Shown piece after piece: positions 20,750 to 31,150 of a DNA stretch of 64,000 bases. The notes under the pieces are model-generated. The model had not been told where the DNA came from. It was given only the letters and a program-made list of their open reading frames with translations, and did no database searches. Location: NCBI GenBank assembly GCA_028705255.1, contig JAQWDW010000006.1:5562-69561 (forward strand). The letters run 5' to 3'. Position numbers and translations under genes: made by a program. The stretch is from Proteiniphilum sp. (GTDB lineage: Bacteria; Bacteroidota; Bacteroidia; Bacteroidales; Dysgonomonadaceae). Within the stretch, counting starts at the first letter, position 1. Each line of letters opens with the position of its first letter.

Positions 20750-22977
20750 AGTAGTTCATTGTTTTTGTTTCGTAAATAAAATGAGATACTCAATAGGGAT
20801 ATGAGCCACGAGAGTGTTGATTCACCTCCCTGGTTTAGGTTTACACCATCCCGGTGGAGTCCGTCACGGCACCCTCCGGTGGCGAAATCATACAATGGAT
20901 GTGCACAGTCATTGTCGCCTGTGAACCAATAAAAGGCTTTCAACGCGTAATCGGCATAAGTGCCATTCCTTGCATATTCTTCTGCTTGAAGGCAGGCATC
21001 AATCATGCCATTTGCCTCCAGGGGTTGTTGATCGAATTGTGCTTTTCTCTCGAGCGTAAGCCACCCCATGTTACCTACAGGAGAGAAGATACCGTGATGG
21101 AATTGATGTGCGATGAGCCAATCCAAAATCTTTGTGCCCCTGTCAATCAACTTCTTATTGTGTAAGAATAGACCAGCCTGAATCATGGCCTGTGGTATGC
21201 GGCTGTTTGCATAACTTACTTTTTCTTCAAACCAAAGCCATTCTTTGTCGATGTGCGGTTCAAAGAGAGCATATAATCTTTCAGTATTGCGCTTTATCTG
21301 TTCCATCACGGCAGATGATTCGTTCTTCTTTGCATAATAAACCAATCCCAACGTAGCGTAGGCTATTGCACGGGGATGGGTCAGATTGTCTACAGCGGGT
21401 AGTACTTTATCAAACAGATGATTTGCATGATGGCGGAAGTTGGTCATCTGAGTGTAAGATGCTGTATAGCCCAAGGCCCAGGCCACCCTCCCTGTGGTAT
21501 CTTCCGACCCCTCCTCATCGATCCACTCTCTTTGGTAGTTCATTAAGTTTCTGAATTTTCCGTTTTTTTGATTATAGGCATAGTCGATAAACGAAAGATA
21601 AACTCCGGTTAGCCTATTTATCTCATCCACATCCTGCACTTCACTCTCCAGCATGATCGAGAGTAAGAGTGCACGTGTATTGTCGTCGGTGCAGTAACCG
21701 TGATTTCTGTCTGGCACGTTGTATTTTGCATGTTGTAAGATACCTGTATAGTCGGTTAACATTCTGAGATGGTCCAGCTTTATGGGAGGAAGGATGAAGT
21801 TGGGTTCAATTACTTGTTCATTGCTACCGGAACTCTTCAACCGGTCTTCTTCTATTAGCAACTCTGCCAGTTCATCATATTGGCGGCTGATGAGTGACCA
21901 ATAGCATGTTTTGGCCAGGTTAAAGGCATTTTGTGCGATGGTTTTTCGTCTCTCCTCATTTTCAAACAACATATTAATCTGCTTGCTCAGTGACTGTGAG
22001 TCCTGGAAATCGAACAACAAACCTCTTTCTTCGGAAAGCATCTCCTTGGCGTACCAGAACGGAGTGGAAATAATGGGCTTTGCAGCAGCCATGGTATAAA
22101 TAAGTGTTCCGGAAGATATCTGCTTTTCTCCCATATAAGGGATCACATATATGTCACACAACGCCAGAAAACTGAAAAGTTCTTCGTTGGATACAAAACG
22201 GTTGATGAAAATAACATTTTTCTCTAACCCTAGCTTGCCTACCAACCTGATGAGCTTCAGCCGGTAATCTTCTCCATCCTGTTTGATGACATGCGGATGA
22301 GTAGCTCCCAATACTACATAAACTATGTCTGCATTTTTTTCAACCACTTCTGGCAGAGCGTTGATTACCACTTCGATTGATTTGTTTGGAGAGAGCAGTC
22401 CAAATGTAAGCAATACTTTCTTGTTTTCCACTCCCAGTTTTTTCCGAAGGCGGGAAATATCTGCAGGAATATATTGATGAACGCCGTGATGGATATGGAC
22501 ACATTTTTCCACAGGTAAGCCATATATATCATTCAGCAATTCGATTCCTTTTTGAGAGATGCAAACCAGCTTTTGTGAAAGACGGGCAATCTCTGTGACA
22601 ACTTTGTGCTGATTGACGGTCGGATTATCAATGACAGTGTGAAATGTGGTGATGATGGGTATGCGCAGACGTGTCAGAAGCTGAATAATATTTTTACCAT
22701 CCTCTCCTCCGAAAATACCAAACTCATGCTGCAAGATTACTGCATCGAAAGAATTGGCATTCAAATATTGTGCCGCATAAATGTAAGAGGCCATTACATT
22801 CTGTTCCACCTCAAAAACCACATCGTCGGGGTAATCATATTGATTCAGGCCATCGTTCATCGCAACTATAGCCGTGGTTACGCCTATTTCCTTAAATCCT
22901 TCGTTGAGATCCTTTGTGAATGTAGCAATGCCACACTGGCGGGGAGGATAATTTCCTATAATAGCAATTTTATTCAT
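20746..22977 (-). CDS. GT4 glycosyltransferase fused to a C-terminal (alpha/alpha)6-type domain
   Basis: N-terminal YPPRQCGIATF, FGLLSPNK, SSGTL..; C-terminal TGILQHA..PD..HGYCTDDN.RAL...DQQPLE...NQGGESTLSW. Confidence 0.82.
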   Translation of the reverse strand: MNKIAIIGNYPPRQCGIATFTKDLNEGFKEIGVTTAIVAMNDGLNQYDYPDDVVFEVEQNVMASYIYAAQYLNANSFDAVILQHEFGIFGGEDGKNIIQLLTRLRIPIITTFHTVIDNPTVNQHKVVTEIARLSQKLVCISQKGIELLNDIYGLPVEKCVHIHHGVHQYIPADISRLRKKLGVENKKVLLTFGLLSPNKSIEVVINALPEVVEKNADIVYVVLGATHPHVIKQDGEDYRLKLIRLVGKLGLEKNVIFINRFVSNEELFSFLALCDIYVIPYMGEKQISSGTLIYTMAAAKPIISTPFWYAKEMLSEERGLLFDFQDSQSLSKQINMLFENEERRKTIAQNAFNLAKTCYWSLISRQYDELAELLIEEDRLKSSGSNEQVIEPNFILPPIKLDHLRMLTDYTGILQHAKYNVPDRNHGYCTDDNTRALLLSIMLESEVQDVDEINRLTGVYLSFIDYAYNQKNGKFRNLMNYQREWIDEEGSEDTTGRVAWALGYTASYTQMTNFRHHANHLFDKVLPAVDNLTHPRAIAYATLGLVYYAKKNESSAVMEQIKRNTERLYALFEPHIDKEWLWFEEKVSYANSRIPQAMIQAGLFLHNKKLIDRGTKILDWLIAHQFHHGIFSPVGNMGWLTLERKAQFDQQPLEANGMIDACLQAEEYARNGTYADYALKAFYWFTGDNDCAHPLYDFATGGCRDGLHRDGVNLNQGGESTLSWLISLLSISFYLRNKNNELL

Positions 22978-23117
22978 GTGTTGGGTTTATATGAGCTGTT
23001 ACTTCGCATTGATCTTTAGTATAATTATTTTAAACAGATTGGGGGCAAATTGTTTTGTTAATTAAATAGAAATTATATGATACAAACTGAGCGCACTCCT
23101 TATCCAATTGTTGGTTT

Positions 23118-23174
23118 TTCTATCTTTTGTGTGGATATTTGTGTTCGTTTCTATCTTTTTTTCTATCTTTGTGT
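23118..23174 (+). repeat. Three direct copies of TTCTATCTTT upstream of carA; the last contains the -7 box TATCTTTG
   Basis: Copies start at 23118, 23149 and 23161. Confidence 0.6.
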
Positions 23175-23221
23175 CCTAATATCATACGGTATCAATTCAT
23201 CATCATAACAACAGTGACTCT

Positions 23222-24301
23222 ATGCACAGATACAAACCGGTGCGATTGATCCTTGAAAACGGGACGGTTTTTCACGGACAATCGTTTGGAGCCCAAAAGG
23301 CATCATCGGGGGAGGTCGTTTTCAGTACAGCAATGGTCGGTTATCCCGAAAGTCTGACAGACCCCTCCTACGAAGGACAAATTCTAACACTCACATATCC
23401 TATAATCGGAAATTACGGAGTTCCCGCACAAAGCGAAACAGACGGAGTTTCCGATTTTTTTGAGTCCACACGCATCCATGCATCGGGACTGATCGTACAG
23501 GATTACTGCGACGATTATTCGCATTGGAATGCACACCAGAGTCTGGGTGACTGGCTTCAGCAGAATGGGATCCCCGGAATCTCAGGTATTGACACCCGCC
23601 TGCTCACCAAGATATTGCGGGAAAAAGGATCCATGCTTGGTAAGATTGTTTTTGAAAAAGAGAACGAAATTGATTTTTATGATCCGGAAAGCGAAAACCT
23701 GGTTGCAAGAGTAAGTTGCAAAGAACCGGTCGAGTATGGCCATGGAGAGAAAAAAGTAGTCCTGATCGATTGCGGTGCAAAGTTGAACATCGTACGCGAG
23801 CTGATCAAACGAAATGTGCATCTGATCAAGGTGCCCTGGGACTATGATTTCACTGGTATGGATTACGATGGGCTCTTTATCTCCAATGGACCAGGCAACC
23901 CCGATTACTGTGCAATCACGGTGGAGCACATCCGAAAGGCGATGCAACAGGATAAGCCTGTTTTTGGTATTTGTATGGGAAACCAGCTACTGGCCAAGGC
24001 TGCTGGAGCCAACACTTACAAGTTGAAATACGGTCATCGCAGTCACAATCAGCCTGTTAGACGGGTCGATTCCAATGCGTGTTTCATCACTTCACAAAAT
24101 CACGGTTATGCGGTGGATGAATCGCTACTTGGCGATGAATGGGAACCTTGGTTTATCAATATGAACGATGGCACCAACGAGGGTATCCGGCACAAAACAA
24201 AACCTTTTTTCTCCGTACAGTTTCACCCAGAGGCTACAGGAGGACCCACTGACACGCAGTTCTTCTTTGAAGAGTTTGTGAAGCAGATGGTTGTAAGATA
24301 G
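23222..24301 (+). CDS. carA: Carbamoyl-phosphate synthase small subunit
   Basis: LTDPSY.GQ, SNGPG.P, GICMG (catalytic Cys), TSQNHGY, QFHPE. Confidence 0.97.
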   Translation: MHRYKPVRLILENGTVFHGQSFGAQKASSGEVVFSTAMVGYPESLTDPSYEGQILTLTYPIIGNYGVPAQSETDGVSDFFESTRIHASGLIVQDYCDDYSHWNAHQSLGDWLQQNGIPGISGIDTRLLTKILREKGSMLGKIVFEKENEIDFYDPESENLVARVSCKEPVEYGHGEKKVVLIDCGAKLNIVRELIKRNVHLIKVPWDYDFTGMDYDGLFISNGPGNPDYCAITVEHIRKAMQQDKPVFGICMGNQLLAKAAGANTYKLKYGHRSHNQPVRRVDSNACFITSQNHGYAVDESLLGDEWEPWFINMNDGTNEGIRHKTKPFFSVQFHPEATGGPTDTQFFFEEFVKQMVVR

Positions 24302-24329
24302 GATTCAGAAATCATTAGTGAGTATAATT

Positions 24330-27300
24330 ATGACAGATCAAATATTGGCACCGAAAAGGGAGAATTTTCATAGCGAGAGGGAGATCCATAAAGTTCTTGT
24401 CCTGGGATCGGGCGCGCTTAAGATCGGGGAGGCCGGAGAATTCGACTACTCCGGTTCACAGGCACTGAAAGCTCTGCGCGAGGAAGGAGCAGAGTCTATC
24501 CTGATCAATCCGAATATAGCTACTGTACAGACATCAGAAGGGGTGGCCGATAAAATATACTTTCTACCGATCACTCCCTACTTTGTGGAGAAGGTGATAG
24601 CCCGTGAACGACCTGATGGCATCATGCTTGCATTTGGCGGACAAACAGCGTTGAACTGTGGTGTTGCGCTTTATCAATCGGGGGTATTTGAAAAATATGA
24701 TATGCAGGTGCTGGGTACGCCCGTACAGGCGATCATGGATACCGAGGACCGAGATCTGTTTGTGAAGAAACTCGATGAAATCAGCGTGAAGACCATCCAA
24801 AGTGTTGCAGTTTCTACGCTGGACGATGCATTGCATGCTGCCGACAGATTGGGTTATCCCATCATTGTACGAGCTGCCTATGCACTGGGCGGACTTGGCT
24901 CGGGTTTCTGCAACAATGAAGAAGAACTGAGATCTCTTGCCGCAAAGGCGTTTAACTACTCCGGTCAGTTATTGATAGAAAAGTCACTGAAAGGCTGGAA
25001 GGAGATTGAGTATGAGGTGGTACGTGACCGGTACGACAACTGCATCACGGTCTGCAACATGGAAAACTTCGACCCGCTGGGAATCCACACTGGTGAGAGC
25101 ATCGTGGTGGCTCCCTCACAGACATTGACAAACTCAGAATATCACAAGCTGCGTGAACTGGCCATTCAGATTGTCCGTCACATTGGTATCGTGGGTGAGT
25201 GCAATGTACAGTATGCTTTCGATCCCGAGTCGGAAGATTACCGGGTGATTGAAGTGAATGCCCGTCTGAGTCGCTCTTCGGCGCTGGCCTCCAAAGCAAC
25301 CGGTTATCCGCTGGCTTTTGTAGCAGCCAAGCTGGGAATGGGATACGGACTTTTTGACCTGAAAAATTCGGTCACGAAATCAACCAGTGCCTTCTTTGAG
25401 CCGGCATTGGACTATATCGTGGTAAAAATTCCACGCTGGGATCTGGGTAAGTTCAGCGGCGTCTCCAAAGAAATCGGTTCCAGCATGAAATCGGTCGGCG
25501 AAATTATGGCCATCGGTCGCACTTTTGAAGAGGCCATGCAAAAAGGACTTCGCATGATCGGACTGGGTATGCATGGCTTCGTGGAGAACAAGGAACTCAT
25601 CATCGACGACATCGACAAAGCACTGCGGGAGCCGACAGATCAGCGCATTTTTGTGATCAGCAAGGCTTTTCGAAAAGGATATACGGTCGATCAGATTCAT
25701 GAGCTGACAAAAATCGACCGCTGGTTTCTTCATAAACTCCACCACATTGTACTGACAGCAGAAACTCTGGAAGAATATCCCCTCTCATTGGTGGATTTTG
25801 AAAAAAACGAGCACAATGATTTTGATAAAATACTGAAGAGAGCCAAGCAGCAGGGTTTTTCTGATTTTCAGATTGCCAGGGCCCTATGGAAAGAGCAGGT
25901 GGATGATGAGTCATCCTCCGTCATTCGCAATTACAGAAAGAAAAAAGGTATCCTGCCAGTGGTAAAACAGATCGACACGCTGGCAGCAGAATATCCCGCT
26001 CAAACAAACTATCTTTATCTCACATACAACGGATCGGAGAACGATGTACACTACCTGGGCGACTACCGCTCGGTGATCGTTCTGGGATCGGGTGCTTACC
26101 GCATCGGCTCTTCAGTAGAGTTCGACTGGTGTTCGGTAAATGCCCTCGATACAGTTCGCAAGGAAGGTTTTCGCTCGGTAATGGTCAACTACAACCCGGA
26201 GACGGTATCGACGGACTATGATATGTGTGACCGGCTCTACTTCGATGAATTGACGTATGAACGGGTAATGGATATCATTGAACTGGAGAACCCGCATGGC
26301 GTCATTGTTTCCATGGGGGGACAGATACCAAACAACCTGGCTGTGAGGTTAGATGACGCCGGAGTTAATATTCTGGGTACATCTGCCAAAAGCATCGACA
26401 ACGCTGAGGACCGCCACAAGTTTTCTTCCATGCTCGACATGCTGGAAATAGATCAGCCGAGATGGAGGGAACTGACCACGCTCAACGAAATTCACCATTT
26501 CGCCGATGAGGTGGGTTTTCCGTTGTTAGTAAGACCTTCCTATGTGCTCTCTGGTGCAGCAATGAACGTCTGTTCCAATAAGAGTGAAATGGAACGTTTC
26601 CTGACCCTTGCCACGGAAGTATCAAGCAAGTATCCGGTGGTCGTCTCTGAATTTATTGAAGAATCAAAGGAGATTGAGATGGATGCGGTTGCACAAAATG
26701 GAGAGCTGGTTGTATATGCCATCTCTGAACATGTGGAATTTGCGGGAGTACACTCCGGGGATGCCACGATTCTATTCCCTGCTCAGAAGATTTATGTGCA
26801 GACCGCCCGGAGAATTAAACAGATCACGCGACAGATAGCCAAAGCATTGAATATTACCGGTCCTTTCAATATTCAGTTCCTGGCAAAAGACAATGATATC
26901 AAGGTGATAGAATGTAACCTACGCGCTTCGAGATCGTTCCCGTTTGTTTCCAAAATACTAAAAATAAACTTTATAGAACTCGCTACCAAAGTGATGCTTG
27001 ATATTCCGGTCGTAAAACCTGAAAAATCAGCATTTGATCTCGATTACGTAGGAATAAAGGCACCGCAGTTCTCCTTTACCCGTCTGCAAAAGGCCGATCC
27101 GGTACTGGGTGTGGACATGGCTTCTACGGGAGAAGTAGGCGCCATTGGAAATCATTTCGATGATGCATTGCTCACCTCGATGCTGGCAGTGGGCTATCGC
27201 GTCCCAGAAAAAAACATCATGATCTCCTCCGGTGGAACGAAATCGAAAGTAGCCCTGCTCGATGCCTGTCGGCTCTTACAGAAAAATGGATATGCGTTGT

Positions 27301-27617
27301 ACGCCACCGGCGGAACACAAAAGTTTTTGGAAGAAAACGGCGTGAACAGTATCTTTGTGGCATGGCCCGATGATGAAAATGCCACACTGAAAGTAAACGA
27401 TATGATCGCTGAAAAAAAGTTCGATCTGATTATCAATATTCCCAAGAATCTGACCGAACGGGAACTGACCAATGGCTACCGGATTCGTCGCAGTGCCATC
27501 GACTATAATATTCCCTTGATTACCAATGCCCGACTGGCAAGTGCTTTCATCAATGCCTTCTGCAGGATCACGAGTGAGGACATAGAAATCAAGCATTGGA
27601 AAGAGTATACAGATTAG
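24330..27617 (+). CDS. carB: Carbamoyl-phosphate synthase large subunit, copy 1
   Basis: GSGALKIGEAGEFDYSG, two ATP-grasp halves, C-terminal MGS domain. The start is taken at ATG 24330 (track start 24318). Confidence 0.97.
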   Translation: MTDQILAPKRENFHSEREIHKVLVLGSGALKIGEAGEFDYSGSQALKALREEGAESILINPNIATVQTSEGVADKIYFLPITPYFVEKVIARERPDGIMLAFGGQTALNCGVALYQSGVFEKYDMQVLGTPVQAIMDTEDRDLFVKKLDEISVKTIQSVAVSTLDDALHAADRLGYPIIVRAAYALGGLGSGFCNNEEELRSLAAKAFNYSGQLLIEKSLKGWKEIEYEVVRDRYDNCITVCNMENFDPLGIHTGESIVVAPSQTLTNSEYHKLRELAIQIVRHIGIVGECNVQYAFDPESEDYRVIEVNARLSRSSALASKATGYPLAFVAAKLGMGYGLFDLKNSVTKSTSAFFEPALDYIVVKIPRWDLGKFSGVSKEIGSSMKSVGEIMAIGRTFEEAMQKGLRMIGLGMHGFVENKELIIDDIDKALREPTDQRIFVISKAFRKGYTVDQIHELTKIDRWFLHKLHHIVLTAETLEEYPLSLVDFEKNEHNDFDKILKRAKQQGFSDFQIARALWKEQVDDESSSVIRNYRKKKGILPVVKQIDTLAAEYPAQTNYLYLTYNGSENDVHYLGDYRSVIVLGSGAYRIGSSVEFDWCSVNALDTVRKEGFRSVMVNYNPETVSTDYDMCDRLYFDELTYERVMDIIELENPHGVIVSMGGQIPNNLAVRLDDAGVNILGTSAKSIDNAEDRHKFSSMLDMLEIDQPRWRELTTLNEIHHFADEVGFPLLVRPSYVLSGAAMNVCSNKSEMERFLTLATEVSSKYPVVVSEFIEESKEIEMDAVAQNGELVVYAISEHVEFAGVHSGDATILFPAQKIYVQTARRIKQITRQIAKALNITGPFNIQFLAKDNDIKVIECNLRASRSFPFVSKILKINFIELATKVMLDIPVVKPEKSAFDLDYVGIKAPQFSFTRLQKADPVLGVDMASTGEVGAIGNHFDDALLTSMLAVGYRVPEKNIMISSGGTKSKVALLDACRLLQKNGYALYATGGTQKFLEENGVNSIFVAWPDDENATLKVNDMIAEKKFDLIINIPKNLTERELTNGYRIRRSAIDYNIPLITNARLASAFINAFCRITSEDIEIKHWKEYTD

Positions 27618-27670
27618 CAGATTAACTTATTAGCATCACATCAACGAATTATTATATCAACAAATCAATA

Positions 27671-30600
27671 ATGGATCAATCAATCAAAAAAGTCATTTTA
27701 CTGGGTTCCGGTGCCTTGAAGATCGGGCAAGCAGGAGAATTTGACTATTCAGGTTCCCAGGCATTGAAAGCAATGCGGGAGGAGGGAATAGAAACGGTGC
27801 TTATCAATCCGAACATCGCTACCATTCAAACTTCGGAGGGCGTGGCCGACAAGGTTTACTTCCTACCCATCACACCATATTTCGTGGAGAAGGTGATTCA
27901 GAAAGAACAACCCGACGGCATCCTGCTGGCTTTTGGCGGACAGACAGCGCTGAACTGTGGGACCGAACTCTACCAGAGTGGCACGCTGGAAAAGTATGGT
28001 GTACGGGTATTGGGCACTTCTGTGGAGGCCATCATGATCACCGAAGACCGTGACCTGTTCGTGAAGAAACTGAATGAGATTGATGCAAAAACACCACTCT
28101 CCCATGCGGTAGAAACGCTCGAAGATGCATTGATAGCGGCACGCGAGATAGGTTTTCCCATTATGGTACGCTCTGCTTATGCACTTGGAGGACAAGGCTC
28201 TGGTATTTGTGAAAATGAAACAGAGTTTCTTGAGCTCTGTAAAAGTGCACTTTCTTTTTCGAACCAGATCCTGGTGGAGGAGAGCCTGAAGGGGTGGAAG
28301 GAGATTGAGTTTGAGGTGATCCGAGACAGCAACGACCATTGCTTCACGGTGGTGCCGATGGAGAACTTCGATCCACTAGGTATCCATACCGGCGAGAGCA
28401 TCGTGGTGGCACCCATCATCACGCTCACCAAAGAACAGATCTCCCTGCTGGAGGATATCGCAGGAAGGGTTGTCCGCCACATCGGCATCGTGGGTGAATG
28501 CAACATACAATATGCCTTTAATGCCGTCACAAACGACTACCGTATCATCGAGATCAACGCCCGCCTGAGTCGCTCCTCGGCACTGGCTTCCAAGGCCTCT
28601 GGCTATCCGTTGGCTTTTGTCGCTACCAAGCTGGCACTGGGTTACACACTTGACCAGATTGGTGAAATGGGAACGCCGAACTCAGCCTACAAAGCTCCCG
28701 CGGTGGACTATATGATTGTAAAGATACCCCGCTGGGACCTGAATAAGTTCTACGGTGTGAGTCACGAGATCGGCTCTTCCATGAAATCGGTGGGAGAGAT
28801 CATGTCGATCGGGCAATCGTTTGAGGAGATAATCCAGAAAGGATTGCGCATGATCGGGCAGGGGATGCATGGCTTTGTAGGAAACAGAGAGATCACCTTT
28901 GATGACGTGGAAGAGTCGCTGGCAAAACCGACCGACCTACGCATCTTCGCCATAGCCGATGCATTCGAAAAAGGATACAGTGTGGTACAGATTGAGGAAC
29001 TCACAAAGATTGATCCCTGGTTTCTGGGAAAACTGGAAAATATATACAACTACTCAAAAGTACTTTCTACGTATAACAAAATAGAAGAACTGCCGGAGGA
29101 GGTACTCAGAGAGGCCAAGAGGTTGGGTTTCTCCGATTTTCAGATTGCCCGTTTTGTGGAAGAACCATCAGGCACCTTGCAGGAGGCGCTGATCAGGGTG
29201 CGGAAGCTTCGCAAAGGAATGGGCATTTTGCCAGTCGTTCGTCGCATCAATACCGTGGCCTCCGATCATCCTGATAAAACTAATTATCTCTATTTCACCT
29301 ACGGATCGGAGAAAGCGTATGTACCACACAAGGATGAAAAAGAAGCTGTAGTGGTGCTCGGTTCGGGTGCTTACCGCATCGGCTCGTCGGTGGAATTCGA
29401 CTGGTGTTCGGTAAATGCGGTGCAGACCGCACGTGAACTGGGATATGCCTCAGTGATGATCAATTACAATCCCGAGACGGTATCGACCGATTACGATATG
29501 TGTGACCGGCTCTATTTCGATGAACTCACCTTCGAACGGGTGATGGATGTCATCGACATTGAAGAGCCGAAGGGTGTCATTGTTTCCGTGGGTGGACAGA
29601 TACCCAATAACCTGGCCATGAAGCTGCACCATCAGCAGGTACCCATTCTGGGAACCTCGCCCCTTTCCATCGACCGGGCCGAAAACAGGCACAAGTTCTC
29701 CGCCATGCTCGATGAACTTGGTATTGACCAGCCACGCTGGAAAGAGGCAAGCAGCATCTCAGAGATTGATGCTTTCATCGATGAGGTGGGCTTCCCCTTG
29801 CTGATACGGCCCTCCTACGTGCTCTCGGGTGCAGCCATGAATGTTTGTTACGATAGGGAACAGATGCACGTGTTCCTCAAGATGGCTGTCAATGTCTCCA
29901 AAGAATATCCTGTGGTCGTATCCAGCTTTATGCAGAATGCCAAGGAGATTGAATTCGATGCAGTAGCCAAAAATGGGGAAGTGGTGGAATATGCCATCTC
30001 GGAGCATGTGGAATTTGCCGGGGTGCATTCAGGCGATGCCACACTCGTATTCCCTGCGCAGAAGATCTATTTCGAGACCATGCGACGTGTGAAGAAGATC
30101 TCGAAACAGATTGCCCGCGAACTCAATATCAGCGGCCCTTTCAACATCCAGTACCTGGCCAAGAACAACGACATCAAGGTGATTGAGTGTAACCTGCGTG
30201 CATCGCGCTCCTTCCCGTTTGTGTCGAAGGTTCTCAAACACAATTTTATTGAAACAGCCACCCGCATCATGCTGGATGCCCCCTATGCAAAACCCGACAG
30301 CTCGGTGTTCGACCTGGACTATATCGGAGTGAAAGCGTCGCAGTTTTCTTTTTCCAGACTGCAGAATACCGACCCCGTGCTGGGCGTGGACATGTCATCT
30401 ACCGGTGAGGTGGGTTGCATTGGAGAAGACTTTTCCGACGCTATCTTGAAATCGATGCTCTCCGTGGGATATAAAATACCGAAAAAAGGTATCCTGATCT
30501 CCTCGGGAGAAATGAAGTCGAAAGTGGATCTGCTGGAAGCCTGCAAGCTACTGGGAGAGAAAGGCTATGATCTATATGCCAGTCACGGTACCTGTAAGTT

Positions 30601-30883
30601 CCTCGGAGACAATGGCATCAAGGCCACGGATGTGAACTGGCCTGATGAGGATGGAGAAAACAACATTCCCCGGATGATTGCCGACAAGCAGTTCGACCTG
30701 ATCATCAATATTCCAAAGGATGTGACACGACGGGAGCTGACCAACGGCTACATCATTCGGAGAGGGGCAGTTGATTACAACATTCCGCTCATCACCAACG
30801 CCCGTTTAGCAAGTGCATTTATTACCGCCTTCTGCAAAATGGGACTGGAGGATATCGAAATAAAAAGCTGGGATGAGTATTGA
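27671..30883 (+). CDS. carB: Carbamoyl-phosphate synthase large subunit, copy 2
   Basis: Complete second paralogue: GSGALKIGQAGEFDYSG, both ATP-grasp halves, MGS domain. Confidence 0.97.
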   Translation: MDQSIKKVILLGSGALKIGQAGEFDYSGSQALKAMREEGIETVLINPNIATIQTSEGVADKVYFLPITPYFVEKVIQKEQPDGILLAFGGQTALNCGTELYQSGTLEKYGVRVLGTSVEAIMITEDRDLFVKKLNEIDAKTPLSHAVETLEDALIAAREIGFPIMVRSAYALGGQGSGICENETEFLELCKSALSFSNQILVEESLKGWKEIEFEVIRDSNDHCFTVVPMENFDPLGIHTGESIVVAPIITLTKEQISLLEDIAGRVVRHIGIVGECNIQYAFNAVTNDYRIIEINARLSRSSALASKASGYPLAFVATKLALGYTLDQIGEMGTPNSAYKAPAVDYMIVKIPRWDLNKFYGVSHEIGSSMKSVGEIMSIGQSFEEIIQKGLRMIGQGMHGFVGNREITFDDVEESLAKPTDLRIFAIADAFEKGYSVVQIEELTKIDPWFLGKLENIYNYSKVLSTYNKIEELPEEVLREAKRLGFSDFQIARFVEEPSGTLQEALIRVRKLRKGMGILPVVRRINTVASDHPDKTNYLYFTYGSEKAYVPHKDEKEAVVVLGSGAYRIGSSVEFDWCSVNAVQTARELGYASVMINYNPETVSTDYDMCDRLYFDELTFERVMDVIDIEEPKGVIVSVGGQIPNNLAMKLHHQQVPILGTSPLSIDRAENRHKFSAMLDELGIDQPRWKEASSISEIDAFIDEVGFPLLIRPSYVLSGAAMNVCYDREQMHVFLKMAVNVSKEYPVVVSSFMQNAKEIEFDAVAKNGEVVEYAISEHVEFAGVHSGDATLVFPAQKIYFETMRRVKKISKQIARELNISGPFNIQYLAKNNDIKVIECNLRASRSFPFVSKVLKHNFIETATRIMLDAPYAKPDSSVFDLDYIGVKASQFSFSRLQNTDPVLGVDMSSTGEVGCIGEDFSDAILKSMLSVGYKIPKKGILISSGEMKSKVDLLEACKLLGEKGYDLYASHGTCKFLGDNGIKATDVNWPDEDGENNIPRMIADKQFDLIINIPKDVTRRELTNGYIIRRGAVDYNIPLITNARLASAFITAFCKMGLEDIEIKSWDEY

Positions 30884-30907
30884 ATAAATAAGAGGCTGTC
30901 TTAAGAT

Positions 30908-30955
30908 TGAACCGACCTCCAAAAGTTAGAAAAAATACTTTTGGGGGTTGGTTCA
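30908..30955. mobile_element. 48-bp internally deleted IS3-like remnant (abutted terminal inverted repeats)
   Basis: TGAACCGACCTCCAAAAGT ... ACTTTTGGGGGTTGGTTCA: 19-bp arms with 2 mismatches and TG...CA ends. It resembles IS3/IS150-group IRs of the TGAAC..ACCCCAAAAGTTAGA type as I recall them. Confidence 0.55.
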
Positions 30956-31111
30956 GTTATATTATAAGACGGGCCTTCTTGCTACCTTCTTCGGTATTCC
31001 CTTATATTTTCCTTATATTTGGCTTATTCATCAATAAGGAGATAACGACCCATTACCCTTCTATTACCCTTCTATTAGCCGTGCAAGAAGCTATTTCCTG
31101 AAACAAAAAAA

Positions 31112-31150
31112 GCTGTCTCAAAAATTGTTTTGAGACGGCCTCTTGTTTTT
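31112..31150. terminator. Bidirectional REP-like hairpin terminator
   Basis: GCTGTCTCAAAA/TTTTGAGACGGC arms, with an A-run before and a T-run after, between convergent carB2 and the acyl-CoA ligase. Confidence 0.7.

Noticed and set aside
31000-31077. CRISPR array or iteron set
   Set aside because: Only two adjacent 11-bp copies per motif, with no spacers and no cas or rep genes. No CRISPR array was seen anywhere in the window.
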